Positions 18,952 to 26,462 of a stretch of DNA of 64,000 nucleotides are shown piece by piece; positions within the stretch are counted from its first letter, which is position 1, and every line of letters begins with the position of its first letter. The stretch is from positions 1,009-65,008 of the forward strand of contig PLLR01000058.1 in NCBI GenBank assembly GCA_003141335.1, written 5' to 3'. The DNA is from Methanoregula sp. (GTDB taxonomy: Archaea > Halobacteriota > Methanomicrobia > Methanomicrobiales > Methanospirillaceae). The translations under genes and the position numbers were made by a program. The notes under the pieces are model-generated. The model saw nothing but the letters and a program-made list of their open reading frames with translations, was not told where the DNA came from and made no database searches.

Positions 18952-19271
18952 TGGTCACCAAAAAAGACATTGATGCGCAATGCATATCATTTTCTTCCAG
19001 CACACTGGTGCAAGTTGTTGAAAACGGCACGAAAACTGGAATTACGATCAACCCGGTAGCCTACCAACCATTTGACCATATCGAAAAGACTCCGTGTTTC
19101 GTGTGATGGAAAAGCCCCGCATCGTACGTTGAGAAGCTGCTCTCAGATCGGAAAGCCCGCCCGAATGTCCGGCAGGTCACCCGGCGGATCTGCAAGTCGT
19201 GCTACAACGCGGCAGCGATGCAGGCAGGAGACGAAGCAGCCGCTGCCTGGGACGGGGGCTGTTCTCCCTGA
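18951..19271 (+). pseudogene. small Cys-rich ORF with one in-frame TGA (pseudogene or recoding candidate)
   Basis: The ATG overlaps the RACo stop (TAATG). The frame is open for 106 codons except a TGA at 19104-19106 inside C-F-V-TGA, with CKSC downstream. The second half has no start codon of its own. Confidence 0.3.
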
Positions 19272-19522
19272 GAAGAGAGGGGTATGGGTGATTGCATTCC
19301 GCGATGATGCATGGTAATTAATTGCACGTCACGGAACATTTTGTAATCCTGTGACAGCGATACCCGTCATGCCAGTTTGCACGCTGGGCTTCCCTTTGCG
19401 CATTTGTATTTTTTTGGTACATCCGTCATGGTGCGACTGGTTTTTAAAGCTTGACATTAAAAATATTGATGTTAAAATTTTCGAGTATCATGCAGGATTT
19501 CAACGGGAGGATCTGAGAAAAA

Positions 19523-21610
19523 ATGGATTTGTTGATAATTGCACCGATCTGTGCCATTATTGGGTTGCTTTTTGCAGCTTTTTCTTTTTTCATCATGAAA
19601 AAAGAGGGTACCGGTACTGAACTGATGCAGAAGATTGCTGCGGCGATACACACGGGGGCAATGGTGTACCTGAAACGCCAGTATACCGCCATCGCGATCT
19701 TTGTCGTGGTCATGGCAGTTGTTCTCGCTATCGTGATTAACCCCCTGACTGCCGGGTGTTTTGTCGTGGGTGCAGCTCTTTCCGCAGCCGCCGGGTATAT
19801 CGGTATGACTGCAGCGACAATGGCAAATGTCCGCACAACCAATGCCGCACGAGAGGGGATGGCGAAAGCCTTCCGCGTCTCGTTCTCCAGCGGCATGGTC
19901 ATGGGGCTTACCGTTGTCGGACTCGGGCTGCTCGGCCTGTCAGTTGTCTTTTATGTCGTTGATACCTTCACGACTGTCGGTATTTACGAAGTGATCAATA
20001 TCCTTTCGGGATTCTCCCTTGGCGCAAGTTCGATTGCCCTCTTCGCCCGTGTGGGCGGAGGGATTTTCACCAAAGCCGCTGATGTCGGTGCCGACCTTGT
20101 CGGAAAGGTCGAGGCAGGCATCCCGGAAGATGACCCCCGCAACCCCGCGGTCATTGCCGACCTTGTCGGGGACAACGTGGGCGATATCGCAGGCATGGGT
20201 GCCGACCTGTATGAATCCTATGTCGGATCCATTGTTGCCACCATGCTGATCGGCGGTTCTGTCGCGGTCATGATTGCATCAGCAAAGACCGAGAACCTGA
20301 TGAGCACTATCCATCTGACGCTCGGTTCCGCAATCAATATCGTTCCGGACGCAGCCGGTGTCATGCACCTCGTTCTCCTCCCGCTACTGGTTGCTGCCGT
20401 GGGGATTGTTGCCTCCGTGATCGGGTCGTTCTTTGTCAGGAGTTCCAAAAACGAGAGCAGCGCGATTCATAAGGCATTCAACGCGGGCACGTTTGCAAGC
20501 CTAATCATCACCGCGGTTGCCACGTATTTCCTGGTCGTCACGCTTCTCGGACCGCTCTATGTCGGGGTATTTATTGCCACCGTTGCAGGACTGGTCGGAG
20601 GGTTTTTGATCGGGCTGGTGACCGAGTACTACACGTCCTATGACCGTCCGCCAACCCAGCGGATCGTAAAATCCACGGAGACCGGGGCAGCAACCGGCAT
20701 CATCACCGGTCTTGCCGTGGGATTTGAGAGCACGGTATTTCCTGTGCTGATTGTTGCAGTTGCAATCCTCGTCTCCGCACAGCAGGCTGGGCTGTACGGG
20801 GTTGCAATTGCCGGTGTCGGGATGCTCGCAACACTGGGAATCACCCTCTCTGTTGACGCTTACGGCCCGGTTGCGGACAATGCCGGCGGTATTGCCGAGT
20901 TGTCTCACCAGGAGAAAGGTGTGCGTGAGATTACCGACACGCTTGATGCTGTTGGCAACACGACCGCGGCGATCGGCAAGGGCTTTGCCATCGGGGGTGC
21001 CGCCCTCACTGCCCTCGGGCTCGTCATAGCGTATACGCAAGCGGTCGGCCTCTCACTTGTCGATCTCCTCAGCCCGATAGTCTTTGTCGGCGTCCTGATT
21101 GGTGCGATGCTGCCCTTCCTCTTCTGCTCGTTTGCCATGACCGCTGTCGGCAAGGCAGCAGGGGACATCGTGCAGGAGGTACGCAGGCAGTTTAAAGAGA
21201 TCCCGGGGCTCATGGAAGGGAAGGCGGAGCCCGACTATGAAGCATGCATCACGATCTCCACCAACGCCGCCCTCAAGCAGATGGTGATCCCGGGGCTCAT
21301 GGCAATCCTTGCGCCGGTGGTCTGCGGGCTAGTCCTCGGGACTGCTGCGCTTGCCGGACTCCTCGTTGGTTCAATCGCCAGCGGCTTTATCCTTGCCGTC
21401 ATGATGGCAAACACCGGCGGCGCATGGGACAACACGAAGAAATACATCGAACAGGGTCACCTCGGCGGAAAGGGATCGGCTGCACACATGGCGGCAGTCA
21501 CCGGTGACACGGTCGGGGACCCGTTCAAGGATACCGCAGGCCCGGCGCTTAACATCCTGATCAAACTGATGGCGATCGTTGCTGTGGTCTTTGCCCCACT
21601 GTTTATCTGA
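19523..21610 (+). CDS. hppA: membrane-bound H+/Na+-translocating pyrophosphatase
   Basis: 695-aa multi-TM protein. V-PPase motifs [42 protein letters not shown] and [22 protein letters not shown] 13 nt upstream. Confidence 0.95.
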   Translation: MDLLIIAPICAIIGLLFAAFSFFIMKKEGTGTELMQKIAAAIHTGAMVYLKRQYTAIAIFVVVMAVVLAIVINPLTAGCFVVGAALSAAAGYIGMTAATMANVRTTNAAREGMAKAFRVSFSSGMVMGLTVVGLGLLGLSVVFYVVDTFTTVGIYEVINILSGFSLGASSIALFARVGGGIFTKAADVGADLVGKVEAGIPEDDPRNPAVIADLVGDNVGDIAGMGADLYESYVGSIVATMLIGGSVAVMIASAKTENLMSTIHLTLGSAINIVPDAAGVMHLVLLPLLVAAVGIVASVIGSFFVRSSKNESSAIHKAFNAGTFASLIITAVATYFLVVTLLGPLYVGVFIATVAGLVGGFLIGLVTEYYTSYDRPPTQRIVKSTETGAATGIITGLAVGFESTVFPVLIVAVAILVSAQQAGLYGVAIAGVGMLATLGITLSVDAYGPVADNAGGIAELSHQEKGVREITDTLDAVGNTTAAIGKGFAIGGAALTALGLVIAYTQAVGLSLVDLLSPIVFVGVLIGAMLPFLFCSFAMTAVGKAAGDIVQEVRRQFKEIPGLMEGKAEPDYEACITISTNAALKQMVIPGLMAILAPVVCGLVLGTAALAGLLVGSIASGFILAVMMANTGGAWDNTKKYIEQGHLGGKGSAAHMAAVTGDTVGDPFKDTAGPALNILIKLMAIVAVVFAPLFI

Positions 21611-21616
21611 AATTCA

Positions 21617-21632
21617 TATTTTTTCTTATTTC
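21617..21632 (+). terminator. oligo-T tract after hppA
   Basis: atattttttcttattt begins 7 nt after the hppA stop. Confidence 0.35.
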
Positions 21633-21748
21633 ATTGTTTAGACAAAAACCTGACAAAGGACAGGTCACTATTTATTGCCTGGGTGAGAACTGCTATTGCT
21701 TTATAGCATTTTCACCGATTAAAATTTTGGCACCTGGTTACTAAAAAA

Positions 21749-21946
21749 GGGGAAGGTGCCTGGGACAATGCCAAGAAATACATCGAATCGGGTGTCCATG
21801 GCGGCAAGGGAAGCGAGACCCACAAGGCGGCGGTTATCGGTGACACGCTTGGTGATCCGTTTAAGGACGCTGCGGGCCCGTCACTCCATGTACTCATTAA
21901 GCTGCTCGCCACGCTCTCGCTCGTGCTCGCGCTGCTATTCATTTAA
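21749..21946 (+). pseudogene. C-terminal relic (about 65 codons) of a second V-type pyrophosphatase
   Basis: Translates to [65 protein letters not shown]. It is 42/62 identical to the hppA C-terminus by hand alignment. There is an in-frame stop at 21704 and no start codon. An oligo-T tract follows. Confidence 0.75.
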
Positions 21947-22042
21947 AAAATCCTTTTTTTCTTGTTCCTGATCCCAGATTTTCGGGAAAAATGGTGCCGG
22001 GATACTGGACAACCATTTATCATCCAAATCCGGATAATACTC

Positions 22043-22855
22043 ATGGATCAGCAGGAACACATCCACATCATCAGCGCAGGTGACAGTATCCATAAAACCT
22101 ATCCTGCTGTTCTTAAGGATCTCCGGACAGTCACGCACACGTTCATCTTTGCTGAAAAAGAGGTCTATACCAACTCGTCCCGGGATGATACCCAGAAAAG
22201 AATGTGGAAGTGCGCCATCCGCGATGCGATTGATGAGGTAAACACCATCTCCCTCTCGAGGAATATTTCCTGCGCACTGGTCTGTATCGATGCGGCAACG
22301 TTTGACTCGATTCGCGACCCGGTTCTCGGGATACTCAGCGATCACCCGGATGCCCGGTACTCGTTCGATATCTCCGCAGGCTCAAAACGTCTCTCGCTGG
22401 GCCTATTTTCGATGTCGCTCTGGGTGGAGGGCGACTCCTATTACGCATTCGGAAATTCCCCCACACGAAGAGTGCCGGTTCCGACACTTCCCACAAAGAA
22501 CCTGCCGGCCAATCCGTACTATCTCGTGATCCTCACCATCCTCTTCCGGGGACAGGAACACGGGAAGGAAGCGAGTACACTGGTGCCGAAAGAGACGCTG
22601 TTTAACGAGACAAAGGTCTGGCAGATCCCGGTCCGGGATACGGGTGAGGGAACCGCCGGGCAGGATCTCTCTCCGGTAGCCTTTTGCCGCCTTATTTCAA
22701 CCCTGATAAGGTGGAACCTTATCCGGGAGGAGACCGATCCGGGCAATGATCAGGAAAAACTGTACAGCATCACCCCGGATGGCGAGCTGGCATTATTCGT
22801 ATATTCAGCCCGTATGAAAAAACGGAGTGTCGCCAGCACACCCGGCCTCTCGTAA
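22043..22855 (+). CDS. putative transcriptional regulator, Csa3/CARF-like Rossmann domain + C-terminal wHTH
   Basis: 270 aa from ATG 22043. IHIISAGDS and FDISAGSKRLSLGLF resemble the CARF/Csa3 strand-loop motifs. The C-terminal LISTLIRWNLIREE...YSITPDGELAL is wHTH-like. Judged by eye only. Confidence 0.4.
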   Translation: MDQQEHIHIISAGDSIHKTYPAVLKDLRTVTHTFIFAEKEVYTNSSRDDTQKRMWKCAIRDAIDEVNTISLSRNISCALVCIDAATFDSIRDPVLGILSDHPDARYSFDISAGSKRLSLGLFSMSLWVEGDSYYAFGNSPTRRVPVPTLPTKNLPANPYYLVILTILFRGQEHGKEASTLVPKETLFNETKVWQIPVRDTGEGTAGQDLSPVAFCRLISTLIRWNLIREETDPGNDQEKLYSITPDGELALFVYSARMKKRSVASTPGLS

Positions 22856-22895
22856 TCCTCTGAATGAAGAAAACCGGGAAAGACCGGAAGGGACG

Positions 22896-22941
22896 TTGAC
22901 AGTGAAATACTGTCAATAGACCGTACGACAGCGAACGGTCT
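22896..22941. terminator. two adjacent hairpins between convergent genes
   Basis: ttgacagt-gaaat-actgtcaa is an 8-bp stem. agaccgt-N10-acggtct is a 7-bp stem. Both lie between the 22855 and 22957 gene ends. Confidence 0.3.
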
Positions 22942-22956
22942 CACTAAAAAGAGTGA

Positions 22957-23757
22957 TTACTCCCCCTTCAGGGTTCGCTCGTCTTCTGCAATCCATTTCT
23001 CCAGTTTCCGGATACCTTCCTCAATATCCTTTATCCGGCCTTCTGTTTCCGCTAACTGGGCGGTTGCCTGTGCAGTCTTCTCAGGGTTCTCACATGAGGC
23101 AAGAAATGTGCGTATATGGCCCCTGCCGATCTGGAAATTCTCAAGAGCGCCAGCCGCTTTCCGGTAACGTTCATAATTGGCCTCGAGATTTTTCCGGACA
23201 CGGGATTCTGTTTCCGACTGCTGCCGTGGCTTTCCCGATTTTACCGACCCCCATGCAGCGTCGTGGGTTTTGCGGATCTTCTGGATGTGATCAAAACAGG
23301 ATTTTTTGTGTTTTGCAATCATCTCGTGCTTGAATTTCCCCAGCATGTCACCGGCATTTTTGAGCATCTGCCCGCGTTCCACCAGTTCGTGGATCTCCGG
23401 AGCGGGAGCTTCGATGGGGAGCTGGGCCTGTCCCACCAGCTTCATAATTTCATCAAAATGCCCCTGCGACAGGGATTCCAGCGTCCCGTACCCGGTTTTT
23501 TGTTTCTCCTTTACTTCCCAGCAGAGGGCATTGAACTGTTTCCAGAGCAGATCCCGGTCACTCTGGGCAAGCGGTTTTAGCTCTTTGAATAACGCGGTGA
23601 TCAGCTTTGCCTGGTTCCAGAAATCCTGGTATTTGGTAATGATAGGGAGGTTTTCCCTTATTGGATTGGTTAATAACGAGAGTTTTTTGTTCTCCCGGTC
23701 CAGGAGTTCTGCATTTTTATGTGCGTTTTTGAGCCAGGGATCATCTTCAGGATTCAT
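22957..23757 (-). CDS. hypothetical all-helical protein (faint DUF349-like repeat character)
   Basis: 266 aa, charged and helical, with recurring W/F-spaced segments (FWNQAK...LLWKQFNALCWEV). No confident family assignment. Confidence 0.45.
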   Translation of the reverse strand: MNPEDDPWLKNAHKNAELLDRENKKLSLLTNPIRENLPIITKYQDFWNQAKLITALFKELKPLAQSDRDLLWKQFNALCWEVKEKQKTGYGTLESLSQGHFDEIMKLVGQAQLPIEAPAPEIHELVERGQMLKNAGDMLGKFKHEMIAKHKKSCFDHIQKIRKTHDAAWGSVKSGKPRQQSETESRVRKNLEANYERYRKAAGALENFQIGRGHIRTFLASCENPEKTAQATAQLAETEGRIKDIEEGIRKLEKWIAEDERTLKGE

Positions 23758-23922
23758 AAAAAAATTCTCGAACGTTTCGGTCTATGGATTATTGTATCTG
23801 CATCTGCCCGCCGGGCTTTAAAACGATATCCGCTACCAGCATTCCCAAAACGGGATTTCCCGCAGGGATACAGGATAACCGACCATCACTCCGATGACGG
23901 GTATATGCCCGGTCAATACCAT

Positions 23923-24138
23923 TCAGGTCACGTGTTTCAGGTCGACACTGATATCGGTAGAAATACGCGAATATCTCTTTGGGTTCTCTTCAAACTTCTT
24001 TTTGCACCAGTTGCAGCAGAAGTAATACTTCTGGTCTTTGTACATACTGGTGAATTTAGCATCTTCTTCATCAACTATCATCAGACAAACGGGATCGGTA
24101 GACATCATTCCCCACTTATTACTACACATTATTGGCAC
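23923..24138 (-). CDS. YHS/TRASH-domain metal-binding protein
   Basis: DPVCLMIVDEEDAKF...YYFCCNWCKKKFEENP matches the YHS pattern. The start is ambiguous (Met at 24138, 24129 or 24108). Confidence 0.7.
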   Translation of the reverse strand: MPIMCSNKWGMMSTDPVCLMIVDEEDAKFTSMYKDQKYYFCCNWCKKKFEENPKRYSRISTDISVDLKHVT

Positions 24139-24229
24139 CTGTTTTTAAAAATTGTTCCTGCGTGTGAAAATCAGGTCAGTATAAAAGGGGATCTTTGGGT
24201 AAGGATACACAGGAAAGGTAACAGGTGAT

Positions 24230-24538
24230 GTGGCGGCATTTGTCGCCGCCAACAAAGACGGGCTTTCCCGGTTACCGGTGGCTGGATTTATCACCGGTAT
24301 CGCTCCGGTGTATCCAAAGACCGGCGATGTGAAAGGGTTCACAGACCAGCTTGTCACTGCATTAGCTCCCATAAGTCCGGTCGCGGTGACGATGTTTGCC
24401 GGCACCCTTAATGCAGGAAAGATGAACTTTATTGAGCGAAGCCTGACATCGCTTATGAAAGTCCCGACCGGTGACTTCCGCGACTGGACCGCGATCGAAG
24501 CCTGGGCGAGGACACTGGCGGGGAAGATGGGCCTGTGA
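24230..24538 (+). pseudogene. 5-prime-truncated flavodoxin-like (HemG/Flavodoxin_5-type) gene fragment
   Basis: 102 aa ending ...FAGTLNAGKMNFIERSLTSLMKVPTGDFRDWTAIEAWARTLA aligns to the C-terminal about 100 aa of HemG-type flavodoxin-like proteins. The frame only opens at 24203. The N-terminal FMN-binding part is missing. Confidence 0.5.
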
Positions 24539-24841
24539 GGGGGGGCCCAACTGTATGGGAATCCAATTTATAGAAAGATTTAAGGTGAATTGCAATTGTG
24601 GAATGAAATAGTAGCAAAAGATCGTGGAATTGGAAAAAAATAACGAGATTATATCAGTACTGGAGATTGAATTCCGCTGCTTCTTTTTACAGGAAATAGC
24701 CGAGAATCGTCAAATATTGCCTCGGTAGCCATATCAAATAACCTCTTGTTCCTGCACACCATTCGCACATGGTTCCAAAAATGCTCTGATTTTTAAAAGA
24801 TTGTGCACATCACTTATCCCATAGCCACCCCCACCCTCAGC

Positions 24842-25552
24842 ATGGATCCGGTCATCGCAGATATCAGAAAATATCTCATAAACAGCGCAGATCCCGCCAC
24901 CCGGAAGACATTCCAGCGGTTCTTTAAAGAGGAGGTAAAGTATTACGGTGTCAACGTGCCGACAGTCAGGAAGATCGCCCAGAAGTACTGGAAAGAGATC
25001 AAAGTAAGGGACAAGAAGGAGATTTTTTCGCTCTGCGAGGAGCTGTACAAATCGGGCTATTGCGAGGAGGCCTTTGTCGTTTCCAGCTGGGCTCATCTTC
25101 TCGCCGACCGCTATGAGAGCGAGGATCTCCCGGTATTCCGGCACTGGATTGAATCATATATCTCCAACTGGGCTGCCTGTGACAGCTTCTGCAACCATAC
25201 CATGGCTGACTTCATTGAAAAATTCCCGGAATATATCGGTGAACTGAAATGCTGGACGCAGTCGGATAACCACTGGATGCGGCGGGCGGCAGCAGTATCA
25301 CTGATTGTCCCGGCAAAACACGGGAAATATCTTGATGACGTGCTGGAGATAGCTGACCTGCTGCTGACCGACAATGATGACATGGTCCGGAAAGGGTACG
25401 GATGGCTCTTAAAAGAGGCCAGTCGCAAACACACAAAAGAAGTCTTTGATTATGTCATGCATAACAGGAAGTCTATGCCCCGGACGGTGCTACGATACGC
25501 GATCGAGCTGATGCCAAAGGAACTCAAAGCTGATGCGATGCAGCGGGAGTGA
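24842..25552 (+). CDS. DNA alkylation repair protein (AlkD-like HEAT-repeat family)
   Basis: 236 aa from ATG 24842. ADPATRKTFQRFFKEEVKYYGVNVPTVRKIA is typical of the DNA_alkylation family. Confidence 0.75.
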   Translation: MDPVIADIRKYLINSADPATRKTFQRFFKEEVKYYGVNVPTVRKIAQKYWKEIKVRDKKEIFSLCEELYKSGYCEEAFVVSSWAHLLADRYESEDLPVFRHWIESYISNWAACDSFCNHTMADFIEKFPEYIGELKCWTQSDNHWMRRAAAVSLIVPAKHGKYLDDVLEIADLLLTDNDDMVRKGYGWLLKEASRKHTKEVFDYVMHNRKSMPRTVLRYAIELMPKELKADAMQRE

Positions 25553-25778
25553 TAGCGATAGGCAGGTTGGGATAACGGGAGGTTCCCCACACACACGGCC
25601 CCAACCGGTACCTCACCTTGCCATAGTATTCACGATATCCCGGTAACTCCCTCAGCAGTACCTCTTCCTCATTCAAAATCCTGAACACAATCATCACTGC
25701 GAGAGGGACAAGCATGATTACAAGTATAGCCAGTACAACCAGCGCAATCAGGATATATGCTTCTGAGAGGATTGCCAT
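25524..25778 (-). pseudogene. C-terminal fragment of an isoprenylcysteine carboxyl methyltransferase (ICMT/PEMT) family gene
   Basis: FRILNEEEVLLRELPGYREYYGKVRYRLGPCVW matches the family C-terminal R-x-EE-x-L...Y-x-x-Y...RLIPxIW block. Only about 60 aa of a roughly 190-aa fold are present. The pdxT stop lies 69 nt upstream. Confidence 0.45.
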
Positions 25779-25847
25779 ACGTTTTTGCCTCTGAAAGGAT
25801 ATCTGCAGGAGTTGGGATAAATACGTTGATGGAGGATTGGATCTTAC

Positions 25848-26462
25848 TCACGGTAAAATTCTGAGATTTTTCAGAAATCGCTCGTGCAGCCGGGTATCCC
25901 CCACAAGTTCCGGATGGAACGAGAGTGCCATATGATTCCCGTACTCAACCGCAACTATCCCTTGATCCATCCGGGAGAGCACCGAAACACCCGCTCCAGC
26001 ACAGGTCGCAACCGGTGCCCGGATGAAAATCGCATGGAACGGACCCCCGTCAAGTCCTTTGATCGGGAGGTCGGCTTCAAACGACTCCCGCTGCCGCCCG
26101 AATGCGTTCCGGTCCACCGTCATATCGATAAGGTCCAGTGTATGTACACGGGTATCATCAACACGGGTCGCCATCAGCACCATGCCGGCGCATGTAGCAA
26201 AAATACCGCCGGAAAACGAGCGGATCGGCTCGTACATGTAGTTCTTGTCAATGAGGCGGGAGATTGTTGTTGATTCCCCCCCAGGGATTGCAAGGGCATT
26301 GCATCCTGAAAGGTCAGCAGGGTGTCTGATCTCAAAAACTTCGGATGAGTAACCCTGCCCCATCCGGTTAAGCGCCAGCAGGAAAGCTTCAATGTGTTCG
26401 CTCACATTTCCCTGGAGCGCAAGTACGCCGATCTTAACGTCCACGGGTTTGTAGCACCTCAT
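25848..26462 (-). CDS. pdxT: pyridoxal 5-phosphate synthase glutaminase subunit
   Basis: [14 protein letters not shown]...IPGGESTT...FIRAP...SFHPEL motifs. The start is taken at ATG 26462; GTG 26444 is also possible. Confidence 0.9.
   Translation of the reverse strand: MRCYKPVDVKIGVLALQGNVSEHIEAFLLALNRMGQGYSSEVFEIRHPADLSGCNALAIPGGESTTISRLIDKNYMYEPIRSFSGGIFATCAGMVLMATRVDDTRVHTLDLIDMTVDRNAFGRQRESFEADLPIKGLDGGPFHAIFIRAPVATCAGAGVSVLSRMDQGIVAVEYGNHMALSFHPELVGDTRLHERFLKNLRILP

Noticed and set aside
19072-19317. An 81-aa ORF from the track in the RACo-hppA spacer.
   Set aside because: Its translation is Arg/Ser-rich and low-complexity with a TTG start. A different frame (18951-19271) gives a far more protein-like product, reported separately.
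21935-22345. A 136-aa minus-strand ORF overlapping the 5-prime part of the CARF-like gene.
   Set aside because: It has no recognisable features, and the + strand frame gives a longer two-domain protein. I kept the + strand call, though neither has search support.
23719-24228. A 169-aa + strand ORF overlapping the YHS-domain gene, and the 86-aa minus-strand ORF at 24145-24405.
   Set aside because: The YHS pattern on the - strand and the flavodoxin-like pattern on the + strand explain these bases. The competing ORFs have no motifs.
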